Of a DNA stretch of 64,000 nt, positions 20,727 to 28,739 are shown in pieces. Every line of letters begins with the position of its first letter. Positions within the stretch are counted from its first letter, which is position 1. The notes under the pieces were generated by a model. That model ran no database searches and was not told the origin of the DNA. It saw nothing but the letters and a program-made list of their open reading frames with translations. The DNA comes from Thermoplasmatota archaeon (GTDB taxonomy: Archaea > Thermoplasmatota > E2 > JACPAO01 > JAHFTW01). Both the position numbers and the translations under genes were made by a program. The DNA is taken from the NCBI GenBank assembly GCA_041601615.1, contig JBFIHX010000005.1, positions 128,001 through 192,000 on the forward strand, given 5' to 3'.

Positions 20727-21863
20727 ATGGTCATGGGCGAATCGGTCGCTTTGGGGAGCGGGAAGCAAGCCGGCAAAGAACCGGCAAAAACCTCGATTGA
20801 GGACGCAACGGGGGGAATCCTCCACAGCGACGACGGCCCCGCCCGCCGCGAGCACCACAAGGTCTTCGAGCCCGGCCAAGAGCCGCTTCTGGCACCCAAC
20901 AAGGACCGCTTCGTTCTGTTTCCCATTAAGCACAACCGCATCTGGGAGATGTACAAGCAACAGGAAGCATCCTTCTGGACCGCCGAAGAAATCGACCTTG
21001 ACCAGGACAAAAAGGACTGGGACGCGCTCGCCGACGGCGAACGCCACTTCATCAAACACGTCCTCGCATTCTTTGCGGCCTCGGACGGCATCGTGCTCGA
21101 AAATCTCGCCGTGAACTTCATTCGTGAAGTGCAAATCCCCGAAGCACGCTGCTTCTATGGCTTCCAGGCGATGATGGAAAACATCCACGCCGAAACCTAC
21201 AGCCTCCTCATTGACACCTACATCTCGGACCCCAAAGACCGAGACTTCCTGTTCCACGCCATCGACAACATCCCAGCCGTCAAGAAAAAGGCGGACTGGG
21301 CCATGCGCTGGCTCACCAAGAAACGCGGCGCCACCTTCCCCGAGCGTCTCGTCGCCTTCGCCGCCGTCGAAGGCATCTTCTTCAGCGGCAGCTTCTGCGC
21401 CATCTTCTGGCTCAAAAAGCGCGGCCTCATGCCCGGCCTCACGTTCAGCAACGAACTCATCAGCCGCGACGAAGGCCTCCACTGTGAATTCGCCGCCGAA
21501 CTACACGGCATGCTGCACAACCCTGCAGACCAACAAGCAATCACCTCCATGATTGCCGACGCCGTCGAAATCGAGAAGGAATTCATCACCGATGCGCTCC
21601 CCGTGGGCCTCATCGGCATGAACAACAAACTCATGGCCGACTACATCGAATACGTAGCCGACCGCCTCCTAGTCATGCTCGGTGTTCCCAAACTCTACGA
21701 CACCAAGAACCCCTTCCCCTGGATGGAAATGATCAGCTTGCAAGGGAAGACCAACTTCTTCGAAAAGCGCGTCGGCGATTACCAGAAAGCCGGCGTCATG
21801 AGCGGGATCAAAGGCGAAGACAACGTCAAACAGACGCGGTTCTCGCTCGATGAGGACTTCTAA
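20727..21863 (+). CDS. nrdB: Ribonucleotide reductase class Ia beta subunit (eukaryote-like type)
   Basis: [62 protein letters not shown]-terminal LDEDF. Confidence 0.96.
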   Translation: MVMGESVALGSGKQAGKEPAKTSIEDATGGILHSDDGPARREHHKVFEPGQEPLLAPNKDRFVLFPIKHNRIWEMYKQQEASFWTAEEIDLDQDKKDWDALADGERHFIKHVLAFFAASDGIVLENLAVNFIREVQIPEARCFYGFQAMMENIHAETYSLLIDTYISDPKDRDFLFHAIDNIPAVKKKADWAMRWLTKKRGATFPERLVAFAAVEGIFFSGSFCAIFWLKKRGLMPGLTFSNELISRDEGLHCEFAAELHGMLHNPADQQAITSMIADAVEIEKEFITDALPVGLIGMNNKLMADYIEYVADRLLVMLGVPKLYDTKNPFPWMEMISLQGKTNFFEKRVGDYQKAGVMSGIKGEDNVKQTRFSLDEDF

Positions 21864-22003
21864 GGGTTCGGTGGGAAGGGGCGGGATTGAGCTGGTTCGG
21901 CCTTGATTGGGATTGTGGCTTGGGCGTTGGTTGGTTGCGGCTAGGTGAGGGCTAGCTTTTGGCTGCGATCCGGGTGTTATGCGGAAAACTCGTGAATAAC
22001 GAG

Positions 22004-23038
22004 TTAGACTGCTGGCTAGCCTTTGGCGCGACTGACTAGCCGCGAAATTTCGACAGCATAGAGGTTGAGCTTCTGGCGTTCGTGGGAGGCCAGGGTGCGA
22101 GAGTGGGCAGTGTGATTGCGAATGATTGCGAGTTCTCGCCATTTCATAGCAAGCGAGTCAACATCGCCAAAATGTGCTTGAAAAATCTTCTTATTGTCTT
22201 TTCGCACAATGATCTTGTCTAAGTCTGTGAATTCTGTATATTCCAGGTAATTGCCTCGGCTCCCGTTGCTTTGCCACTTGGCTTCGGCTCTTTCGCGCAC
22301 GTCCGCGGGGACTCTATGCTTCCACCAACCGGGGTCTGCCGATACCAGCATTTTAGCAACGAATTCTCGCATCATCCGTTCCAGATCACCGATAATCTCA
22401 GAATCCGCCCGCTCTGGCTCGGCGTTCAGTTTGGCTTCGACCCAATCGGCCGTAGCTGCTAATCTATGGAACGTCGTGGATGGGCGTGCGGCGCTGGCGG
22501 CTTCTGCCAATCGTCGTCGAAGGCTCGGGTAGGCGCGGGAACCCAAGTGGGGCTGACTCCGATTGGCAAGCTCTTGCGCTTCTTGCAAGAGGCCATCCCT
22601 CATCATTCGAGCGCGGTTGTCTTGCTCTGATTTGGCTTGCCTTTGAGCGTTTTGAACCAATGTTCGCACCACTCGTTTGCCGGTTGATTGACGAAATCCC
22701 AATGATTCAAACACAAACTCCCCCGCTCTTTGGAAAACCTGGTCTTCGAGTTGGTTCGGTGGCGTCACTCGAGCGTGGAGCCCCGTCTGATCATTCTCAA
22801 TGTTACGGGCGCGGGCTGCGAGGCGTCCCCATGCATCGGATAGTTGGCCGCGAGGATTGCCTTCGCTCATGTGCCCATCGGAGCTGCCAAAGGCAAAGAT
22901 ATTGAAAAGATTCGGGCAGGTGAGAGGAGGTACCCGTGGTAACGTTTGGCACGGAACACATGGCTCTGCAAGAGCAGTCTAACAAATCACTCAAGCCGAC
23001 TTCCCTCACTTTGTTCGGGAAGCGGCTTAGTTCAGTCG
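22004..23038 (+). mobile_element. Integron-type gene cassette 1 (carries the Swt1-like HEPN gene in reverse orientation)
   Basis: Begins at core site G|TTAGAC (22003-22009), the exact reverse complement of R'' GTCTAAC in the attC that ends it. Confidence 0.85.
22016..22870 (-). CDS. Swt1-like HEPN domain protein (predicted RNase)
   Basis: LERMMREFV...WWKHRVP...LEYTEFTDLDKII...RNHTAH (RxxxxH); visibly more AT-rich than flanks. Confidence 0.8.
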   Translation of the reverse strand: MSEGNPRGQLSDAWGRLAARARNIENDQTGLHARVTPPNQLEDQVFQRAGEFVFESLGFRQSTGKRVVRTLVQNAQRQAKSEQDNRARMMRDGLLQEAQELANRSQPHLGSRAYPSLRRRLAEAASAARPSTTFHRLAATADWVEAKLNAEPERADSEIIGDLERMMREFVAKMLVSADPGWWKHRVPADVRERAEAKWQSNGSRGNYLEYTEFTDLDKIIVRKDNKKIFQAHFGDVDSLAMKWRELAIIRNHTAHSRTLASHERQKLNLYAVEISRLVSRAKG

Positions 23039-23044
23039 TTCGGC
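22977..23044 (+). other. attC recombination site 1
   Basis: R'' GTCTAAC, 5-nt spacer, L'' ACTCAAGC, CGACTTCCC..GGGAAGCG stem, L' GCTTAGT, 6-nt spacer, R' GTTCGGC. Two unpaired bases (C22992, A22999) give bottom-strand extrahelical G and T. Confidence 0.9.
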
Positions 23045-23960
23045 CGCCAATCAGGATCCTGTCTTTCGCTGTGAGTTTTCCATTCGTGCAAATGTATTAG
23101 GTGCGCTGGGGAAACCAGAGCCCAATTGGTTCGAGGTTGCCTGTCTAATACGTGGGGGGCCGAGGGGGCATGGTTCATACGTGAATCAAGCGGGAGGCGG
23201 GCTACTTTAGCCCTGCACTAGCCTTCGCCGTCTGTTGAAGAATGTTTTTTGGAATTCTGCATTTTTGCGCCACTAGCTGCCGCCTTGCCGCATCGTATAG
23301 GGCAATGTTTATGGAATCCCTCTTGGCATCGAAAGCTTTAGCCTTTCTGGAGCACTGAACACGCATGGGTGTCAGCCGCGCGTTTTGCTCATCATCATTG
23401 GTTGTCGTGCTGGCATTTGCCGGATGCTTGTATGCACCAGAGTCAGTGGAGATTGAGTCCAAGGTCCTCGGGATTGAACAAAAATCCAGCGATGCGGGGA
23501 CGCCCCAAGTCGCATTCAATATCACCATCCAAATCACCAATGTCGGAGACACGCGCTACGAACTGCAGATGCACGACTGGTTGTTCAAAACCGACGTCAA
23601 CCTTACAGCATTCGTTGGGGGTTTTAAGCGACTGGATCAATTTGATGGCCAAGAAAATCCCAGAGTAATTGGTCCCGGAGAGTCAGCCACCTTTGTCCTC
23701 TATGCATTTCAACTTCATTCCACCACGGGCAATCTAACAGAGTTCAGCTTCCAGGGAGGCCCCTTTCAGCCGGTGTAAGTCTGCAAGCGCGCCCCAGAAC
23801 ATTGGGGTGACGGTCGGGAGCGGTTCTCGGCTCCGAACCGAGTTCGTCGCGGCAGAGGGGGAAGTTTAGAGGATTCCGGAACAAGGAGAAATTTAGTGGC
23901 CGCCGAACAAGGCACTCAACCCGGCCGCTCACTTCGAGAGCGACGGGTCAGTTCGAGTCG
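23039..23960 (+). mobile_element. Integron-type gene cassette 2 (carries a lipoprotein gene)
   Basis: Starts G|TTCGGC; ends in an attC whose R'' is GCCGAAC, the exact reverse complement. Confidence 0.82.
23365..23778 (+). CDS. Putative lipoprotein with Ig-like (DUF4352-like) domain
   Basis: Lipobox VLAFAGC; ITIQITNVGD...IGPGESATFVLYAF. Confidence 0.7.
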   Translation: MGVSRAFCSSSLVVVLAFAGCLYAPESVEIESKVLGIEQKSSDAGTPQVAFNITIQITNVGDTRYELQMHDWLFKTDVNLTAFVGGFKRLDQFDGQENPRVIGPGESATFVLYAFQLHSTTGNLTEFSFQGGPFQPV

Positions 23961-23966
23961 TTTGAC
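23902..23966 (+). other. attC recombination site 2
   Basis: R'' GCCGAAC, AAGGC, L'' ACTCAACC, CGGCCGCTC..GAGCGACG, L' GGTCAGT, 7-nt spacer, R' GTTTGAC. The mismatches become G-T pairs on the bottom strand. Confidence 0.8.
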
Positions 23967-24028
23967 CACCCCCCCGACCATCATCTCCCTCCACACCTGA
24001 TTATGTATCTCCGCACCGAACCAATTCT

Positions 24029-24964
24029 GTGTGGCGGGCTCTCTTACTGGCGATTTTGCTTGTTGGCGGGGCCAGCGCGCATGTGCCGTCTTTTGCTGAT
24101 GGGGGCGGTTCGCCTGCCACTGCGTTTCATGTGGCTGATCCGGATCAATCGCGTGTATTCTATGGTCAACTGGCCGCCGGCGCGGCGCATTGGTTTCAAT
24201 TCGAGCGACAAGATGGGGATGCCATTGATGTGAGCGTGCACCTTCCTGCACGAGAGCCGGAGCGCCCGGCGTTATGGATTGTTGGTCCGGGAATGGAGGG
24301 GGAGGGGCCGCCACAAACGCCACCTGGTTTGGGTGGGCAGTTGGTGCCTCGTATGGATGACTTGGGCATTGAGCCGTTTACGCCGCTCGCTATGCGCGGC
24401 GTGGCGAACTGGAACGGTGTTGCTGGGGCCAACGGAACCTACTTTGTCGCCATCATTGCGGATGCGGATACGACGTACAGCGTGGCGATTGGTGCCGGGG
24501 AGTCGTTCACTGCTTTGGAGTGGCTTGCGATTCCTGTGCAGCGGCCAGCGATTATGGCTTGGGCGGGCATTCCTTGGCCGGTGGCGTTGTGGGGTGAAGT
24601 GCTCGCTGCAACGGCGGCGCTTGTGGTTGGGGTGCGCAAGAAATTGCCCTTGCAGCAAGTGATTGGGTTTGTTGCCGCTGCTGTGATTGCGGGGACTGCC
24701 TTTACGACTCTGGGCTTGGCGGTTCTGGCTGCGGTGCAGGGTGGCGTTTCGGCGGCTTTGATTGTGCCTTTGGTGTTTGCTGGCCTTGCTTTTGCCTTCG
24801 GATTTGGAGCGTATCGGGCTGTGCGCGCAGGAAGCGCTTGGGCAGGTCTTGCCTGGGCAGTGGCCGGGTTGGCGCTCTGGGCGGGCCTCATTGTGGGTCC
24901 GCTGGCGCTTGTGGTTTGGTCGTTTTGGCGGATGCGGTCCAACATATCGCTTCATGCGACCTAG
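24029..24964 (+). CDS. Hypothetical exported protein with C-terminal multi-TM region
   Basis: Signal peptide ending GASA-HVP; EPFTP motif; about 5 C-terminal TMs. Confidence 0.75.
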   Translation: MWRALLLAILLVGGASAHVPSFADGGGSPATAFHVADPDQSRVFYGQLAAGAAHWFQFERQDGDAIDVSVHLPAREPERPALWIVGPGMEGEGPPQTPPGLGGQLVPRMDDLGIEPFTPLAMRGVANWNGVAGANGTYFVAIIADADTTYSVAIGAGESFTALEWLAIPVQRPAIMAWAGIPWPVALWGEVLAATAALVVGVRKKLPLQQVIGFVAAAVIAGTAFTTLGLAVLAAVQGGVSAALIVPLVFAGLAFAFGFGAYRAVRAGSAWAGLAWAVAGLALWAGLIVGPLALVVWSFWRMRSNISLHAT

Positions 24965-24990
24965 CTTCGCTTGGTGGTTCACCTCAGCGG

Positions 24991-25890
24991 TTACGCCGCA
25001 CTCGCCACGGCCGTTCCGGGTGTCCCTCGTCGCGCCCAAATCATCGCCAACAAGCCTCCCGTGGCAAACATCACGAGCGAGTAGAAGGCGGGGGACAAGG
25101 CGGCGCTTGCGGAGTCCAGTTGCGTGGTGGCAAGGAGGATGCCGAAGGTGCCGTTTTGGAATCCGACTTCGATGACGATGGTGCGTCGTTGGGGGCCGTC
25201 GGTGAGTCGTCCAAGCAGCCACCCGGCGCTCATGGCGAGTACGTTGAGGGCGAGGGCGGCGGGTACGGTGATGGCGGCTTTGTCCCAGAATCCGACGCGG
25301 TTTTCGTAGATGGCACCGGCGACGACGATGGCGAGCACGGCGATGCCGGCGACGCGGAAGGGTAGGTCAGCGGCTGCCGCAAATTGGGGTCTCCAGCGCG
25401 CAACGAGGATGCCGGAGACGACGGGGATGGTGATGACCACGAGCACGAGGCCTGCCACGTTGAGGAAGGGGACCGTAGTTTGGATGCCGTCGCCGTACAA
25501 TAGCGCGGAGGCGCCCCACATGACGAGCGGGGTCATGATGAGGGCGGTTAGGCTGGTGAGGGCGGTCAGTACGATGGAGAGCGCAGTGTCGCCTCGGCAC
25601 AGGTGGGTTAGGACGTTGCTTGTGGCCCCACCGGGAAGTGCGCCTAACAGCAGGAATCCGAGTGCGATGTCGCGTTCCATGCCGGTGGGGTGGAACAGGA
25701 CGACGACCAGCACTGCCATCACTGGGAGCGCGAGCAATTGCCCAATGAGTCCCAAGATGAGGCCTCGTGGGCGAGCAGCCGCGACGCGGAATTGGCGCGC
25801 GGGGGTTGCCAGTCCCATGCCGAACATCAGCACGGCGAGCACAGCAGGCAGTACGACATCCGTTACGACGCTGGTTTCCAGTTCGGCCAC
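24991..25890 (-). CDS. Bile acid:sodium symporter (BASS) family transporter
   Basis: MFGMGL, PGGATSN, GDTALS, IEVGFQNG. Confidence 0.92.
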   Translation of the reverse strand: MAELETSVVTDVVLPAVLAVLMFGMGLATPARQFRVAAARPRGLILGLIGQLLALPVMAVLVVVLFHPTGMERDIALGFLLLGALPGGATSNVLTHLCRGDTALSIVLTALTSLTALIMTPLVMWGASALLYGDGIQTTVPFLNVAGLVLVVITIPVVSGILVARWRPQFAAAADLPFRVAGIAVLAIVVAGAIYENRVGFWDKAAITVPAALALNVLAMSAGWLLGRLTDGPQRRTIVIEVGFQNGTFGILLATTQLDSASAALSPAFYSLVMFATGGLLAMIWARRGTPGTAVASAA

Positions 25891-25998
25891 GACGAGGGGA
25901 GCGGGGGCCGCATACTAAAGGGGCTGTGGGGCCGTTGTTTTGCGGTGTCTCTTGGGGGACGCGAACCTTGAAACCTCGATGGGTTCTTTGTGCCGGTC

Positions 25999-26874
25999 AT
26001 GGTGCAAGCGGTTCGCATCACGCCGGCCTTGGCTGCATTGATGATTTTGGGTACCTTGGCGCCCGCTTCGGTTGCCGCTTCGGCGGCTCGCAGCGAGATG
26101 GAAATCGTTGATTTATATCTGGAGCAATTCGATACGTGGCGGGGCGCCGACGAGTATTGGACGACTTTGGTCCTTGATCGCTGCCTCCGGACGGGTGGAA
26201 ATGAGGAATTGGCTAAGCTTCCGCCTGCTGCAAGCGTGGATGCCACGAACGATTTGATGTTCCAGCATGCGCGGTGGCACGGCGAGCATGGACGGTTGTT
26301 GGAGCCGATTTTTACGTGGTCGGATTCCGATTTATACGGCATTGAGTTCCTTGAGTATCACCGTGATTTGGTGGCCACGTTCCAAGATTGGCGCGTTGCA
26401 CACGGATTCGAGGAACTCGTTGCGTGGGATCCGATGACGCCCATTCCAGAGGCATTTGCGTACCCTGTGGATGTGCCTTGTCGCGCCCGAGAGTCCGAGA
26501 ACCCGGGCGTACCGCTTCCCTCATTTCTGACTGTGTCGGGGGGCAACGAAACGTCTCCATTCTGGGGTTACACGGCGCTTTGCCAAATTCCTGACGCCAA
26601 TCGATTGGGCAAAACCATCGAGGGCAGTTGGTACCATGCGGATGTCCATTTGGCCATCGGCGGCGACATGGCGGATGCCGGCTTGACGCTGAGGGACCCC
26701 ATTTTCTGGCCGTGGCACGTTCATGTTCAGGATATCTATGAGTCGTGGCTGGCTTGCGCTTCGTTGCCATTGGACGAAGCGGATCATCCAGAGGCGAAGG
26801 AGGCCCCTGGGCCCATGCTGCCGGTTCTTTTCCTGGTGCTCGTGTGGGTGGCGAGGCGCAGCAACCAGGCCTAG
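25999..26874 (+). CDS. Secreted, surface-anchored tyrosinase-like type-3 copper protein
   Basis: Signal peptide; CuA-like HARWH..FLEYHR; CuB YHADVHLAIGGDM...DPIFWPWH; C-terminal APG-TM-RR sorting signal. Confidence 0.82.
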   Translation: MVQAVRITPALAALMILGTLAPASVAASAARSEMEIVDLYLEQFDTWRGADEYWTTLVLDRCLRTGGNEELAKLPPAASVDATNDLMFQHARWHGEHGRLLEPIFTWSDSDLYGIEFLEYHRDLVATFQDWRVAHGFEELVAWDPMTPIPEAFAYPVDVPCRARESENPGVPLPSFLTVSGGNETSPFWGYTALCQIPDANRLGKTIEGSWYHADVHLAIGGDMADAGLTLRDPIFWPWHVHVQDIYESWLACASLPLDEADHPEAKEAPGPMLPVLFLVLVWVARRSNQA

Positions 26875-26978
26875 GGACATGAAGAAGCGGCGTGGGAACG
26901 GTTCGAGTCCGCCGAGCGGTGGCGGGACTGGGGTGTGGGTCTCCAAATGATTATTCAGTACATGTGGCCGTTCCTGGC

Positions 26979-27618
26979 ATGGCGGACTGGAGTCGGGGCC
27001 TAGGTCTCATCGCGGTTGCGCTTCTTGCCGGATTGATTGTTTTGATAGGCTTCGTGGGTGCTCCGGACCAAGGCGACGCGGGGGGCTATCAAGCGGCATT
27101 GCAGGAAAAAATCGGGGCTCCTTGGTGGCGCGGGGGTTCTTCTTGCGGCTGCGGGTGTGTCGTTGTTTCTGTTTCTACACGGCGTGTCTAGGCGTCATCG
27201 GCGGGGTGCTTGGACGGTGCCGCTTGGTGCGATTTGGGCCGGGTCATGGATCATTGGTGGAATGTCGCTCTATGCAGCCACGGAGTTGGCGGGCTATCAT
27301 GATCATGCAGCGGGAGCAAAGACGCTCGGGGGGCTGGGGTATCTGCTCGTTGTGAATCCTGTGGGGGCCATGCTTGGCGGCGTCTTCGCGCTCGGTTTTG
27401 GGGTGGCCGCTCGAGACGCGCCGCGCTGGTTGGCTAGCGTGTCCCTCGGACTTGGCGGTTTGTCTGTTGCAACGGCGTTGCTGGGAAGTGTTGGTGGGGT
27501 GGGGCTGTTGGGTCTTGGTCCAGTGGTCTTGTGGTTTCTTGCCTTGTCCTTCTGGTCTGCTGGGCGCACTTCGGGTGTGGTGTTGACTTTGCAGGTGCCC
27601 GCGGAGGATGCCGTCTAG
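26979..27618 (+). pseudogene. Multi-pass membrane protein split by a frameshift in an A6 run
   Basis: MADWSRGLGLIAVALL...ALQEK continues as SGLLGGAGVLL if one A of 27106-27111 is removed. Confidence 0.65.
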
Positions 27619-27796
27619 GAATTTTTGCCAGTTGGCACCTCGCGCTTTGGTCTCGGGACCTGTGATTCGAAGGGAGGGGGTGCGCACGCAGGGAGGCAGC
27701 CTCCGTCGGGGTGCGGGGCGCACGGGATGGTCGGCCGAGGCGGAGTTTGGGTGGCTTGGATTTGGAGCTGGGAGGAAGGGGGAGGGTCGCGGGGCG

Positions 27797-27835
27797 TTAG
27801 CAGCATCCGGGTGGGCAGTTGCAGTTGGGGTCCAT
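27797..27835 (-). CDS. Putative 12-aa Cys-rich metal-binding peptide MDPNCNCPPGCC
   Basis: Minus strand reads GGAGGTGA ATTC ATG GAC CCC AAC TGC AAC TGC CCA CCC GGA TGC TGC TAA, followed by a pyrimidine tract; divergent from ArsR. Confidence 0.7.
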   Translation of the reverse strand: MDPNCNCPPGCC

Positions 27836-27845
27836 GAATTCACCT

Positions 27846-27906
27846 CCATGTCGATGTACATCAACATGGTAGACAAACTCTTTGGTGTCGACATACATCG
27901 ACATGG
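27846..27906. promoter_or_regulatory. Double palindromic operator between the mini-peptide gene and ArsR
   Basis: CCATGTCGATGTACATCAACATGG (27846-27869) and the related TGTCGACATACATCGACATGG (27886-27906). Confidence 0.75.
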
Positions 27907-27939
27907 GGCTTCATATCGAAGGACGGCATAACTGGAATC

Positions 27940-28296
27940 GTGACAGACGCCGTGCTGCAAAAACGCCTGCAAGTCCTGCGTCAAGGCGGTGACTGCTGCC
28001 AAGACCTTCCTGGCCTCGTTGCTCGGGTGCAAGCAGAACCAGCACGGGCAGGGCTCCAGCGGCGCTTTGAGGCACTGGCCGACGAGAATCGCCTCTTCAT
28101 TGCCCTGCTGCTTCGCGAACGGCCTGGTCTGTGTGCCTGCGAATTCCAAGCAGCACTCGATCTAACCCATCCAACCGTCAGCCACCACATGCGCGTCCTG
28201 CGCGAAGCTGGATTGGTGGATGCCGAGCGGCGCGGCCGATGGACGCACTACACCCTAACCACTACCGCAATCGAATTGCTCGATGGTGCGAACTGA
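27940..28296 (+). CDS. ArsR/SmtB family metalloregulator
   Basis: ALADENRL, LCACEF (alpha3 CxC site), PTVSHHMRVLREAGLV, RRGRWTHY; extra N-terminal CC. Confidence 0.92.
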   Translation: MTDAVLQKRLQVLRQGGDCCQDLPGLVARVQAEPARAGLQRRFEALADENRLFIALLLRERPGLCACEFQAALDLTHPTVSHHMRVLREAGLVDAERRGRWTHYTLTTTAIELLDGAN

Positions 28297-28739
28297 GCGC
28301 CAACCATGCGCTCTGGCGAACAATCTGGGATTAGCCTGAATTTGGCCCGGTCGTGACTCGTTCATCAAACTCCATGGGGCTCTTGCGGAGGCGAATCATG
28401 CACGAGACTGCAATAGATGCCGCGAAAACCGGCAACATAGCCCATATCTGGCCGTAATTTTGCCAAGTTGTGCAACGAACGGGGCGGGCCCAACTTCCAA
28501 AATAGGGCCGCTTCGAGTCCTTCCTCCCAATCCTCCCCTGTCGCCCCGTTTTTCTCCGAGTCAGACGAACCCTCGGTGCCAGTGCGACTCTTGGAACAAC
28601 AGAGACGAGTGGAGGCTTCGGCTCGTGCCAGAGGACCTATCAAGGCCCTGTTCGTGTCTTGATTCTACGGGATGCGTGATGCTCCCCGGCGTCTTCGTCG
28701 GGGGTCGCAACGAGCGTAGGCCATGCAGGGGTGCACAAT

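Noticed and set aside
21825-21831. GTCAAAC as the R'' partner of GTTTGAC (a third cassette)
   Set aside because: It lies upstream inside nrdB with no L boxes. I saw no matching attC downstream, so the array appears to end at 23966.
22800-22982. 60-aa plus-strand ORF ending in the attC1 R'' box
   Set aside because: It overlaps the HEPN gene antisense and has no protein-like features; the stop is simply the TAA within GTCTAAC.
26895-26920. GGTTCGAGTCC, resembling a tRNA T-loop
   Set aside because: Only a 3-bp stem; no acceptor, D or anticodon arms could be built.
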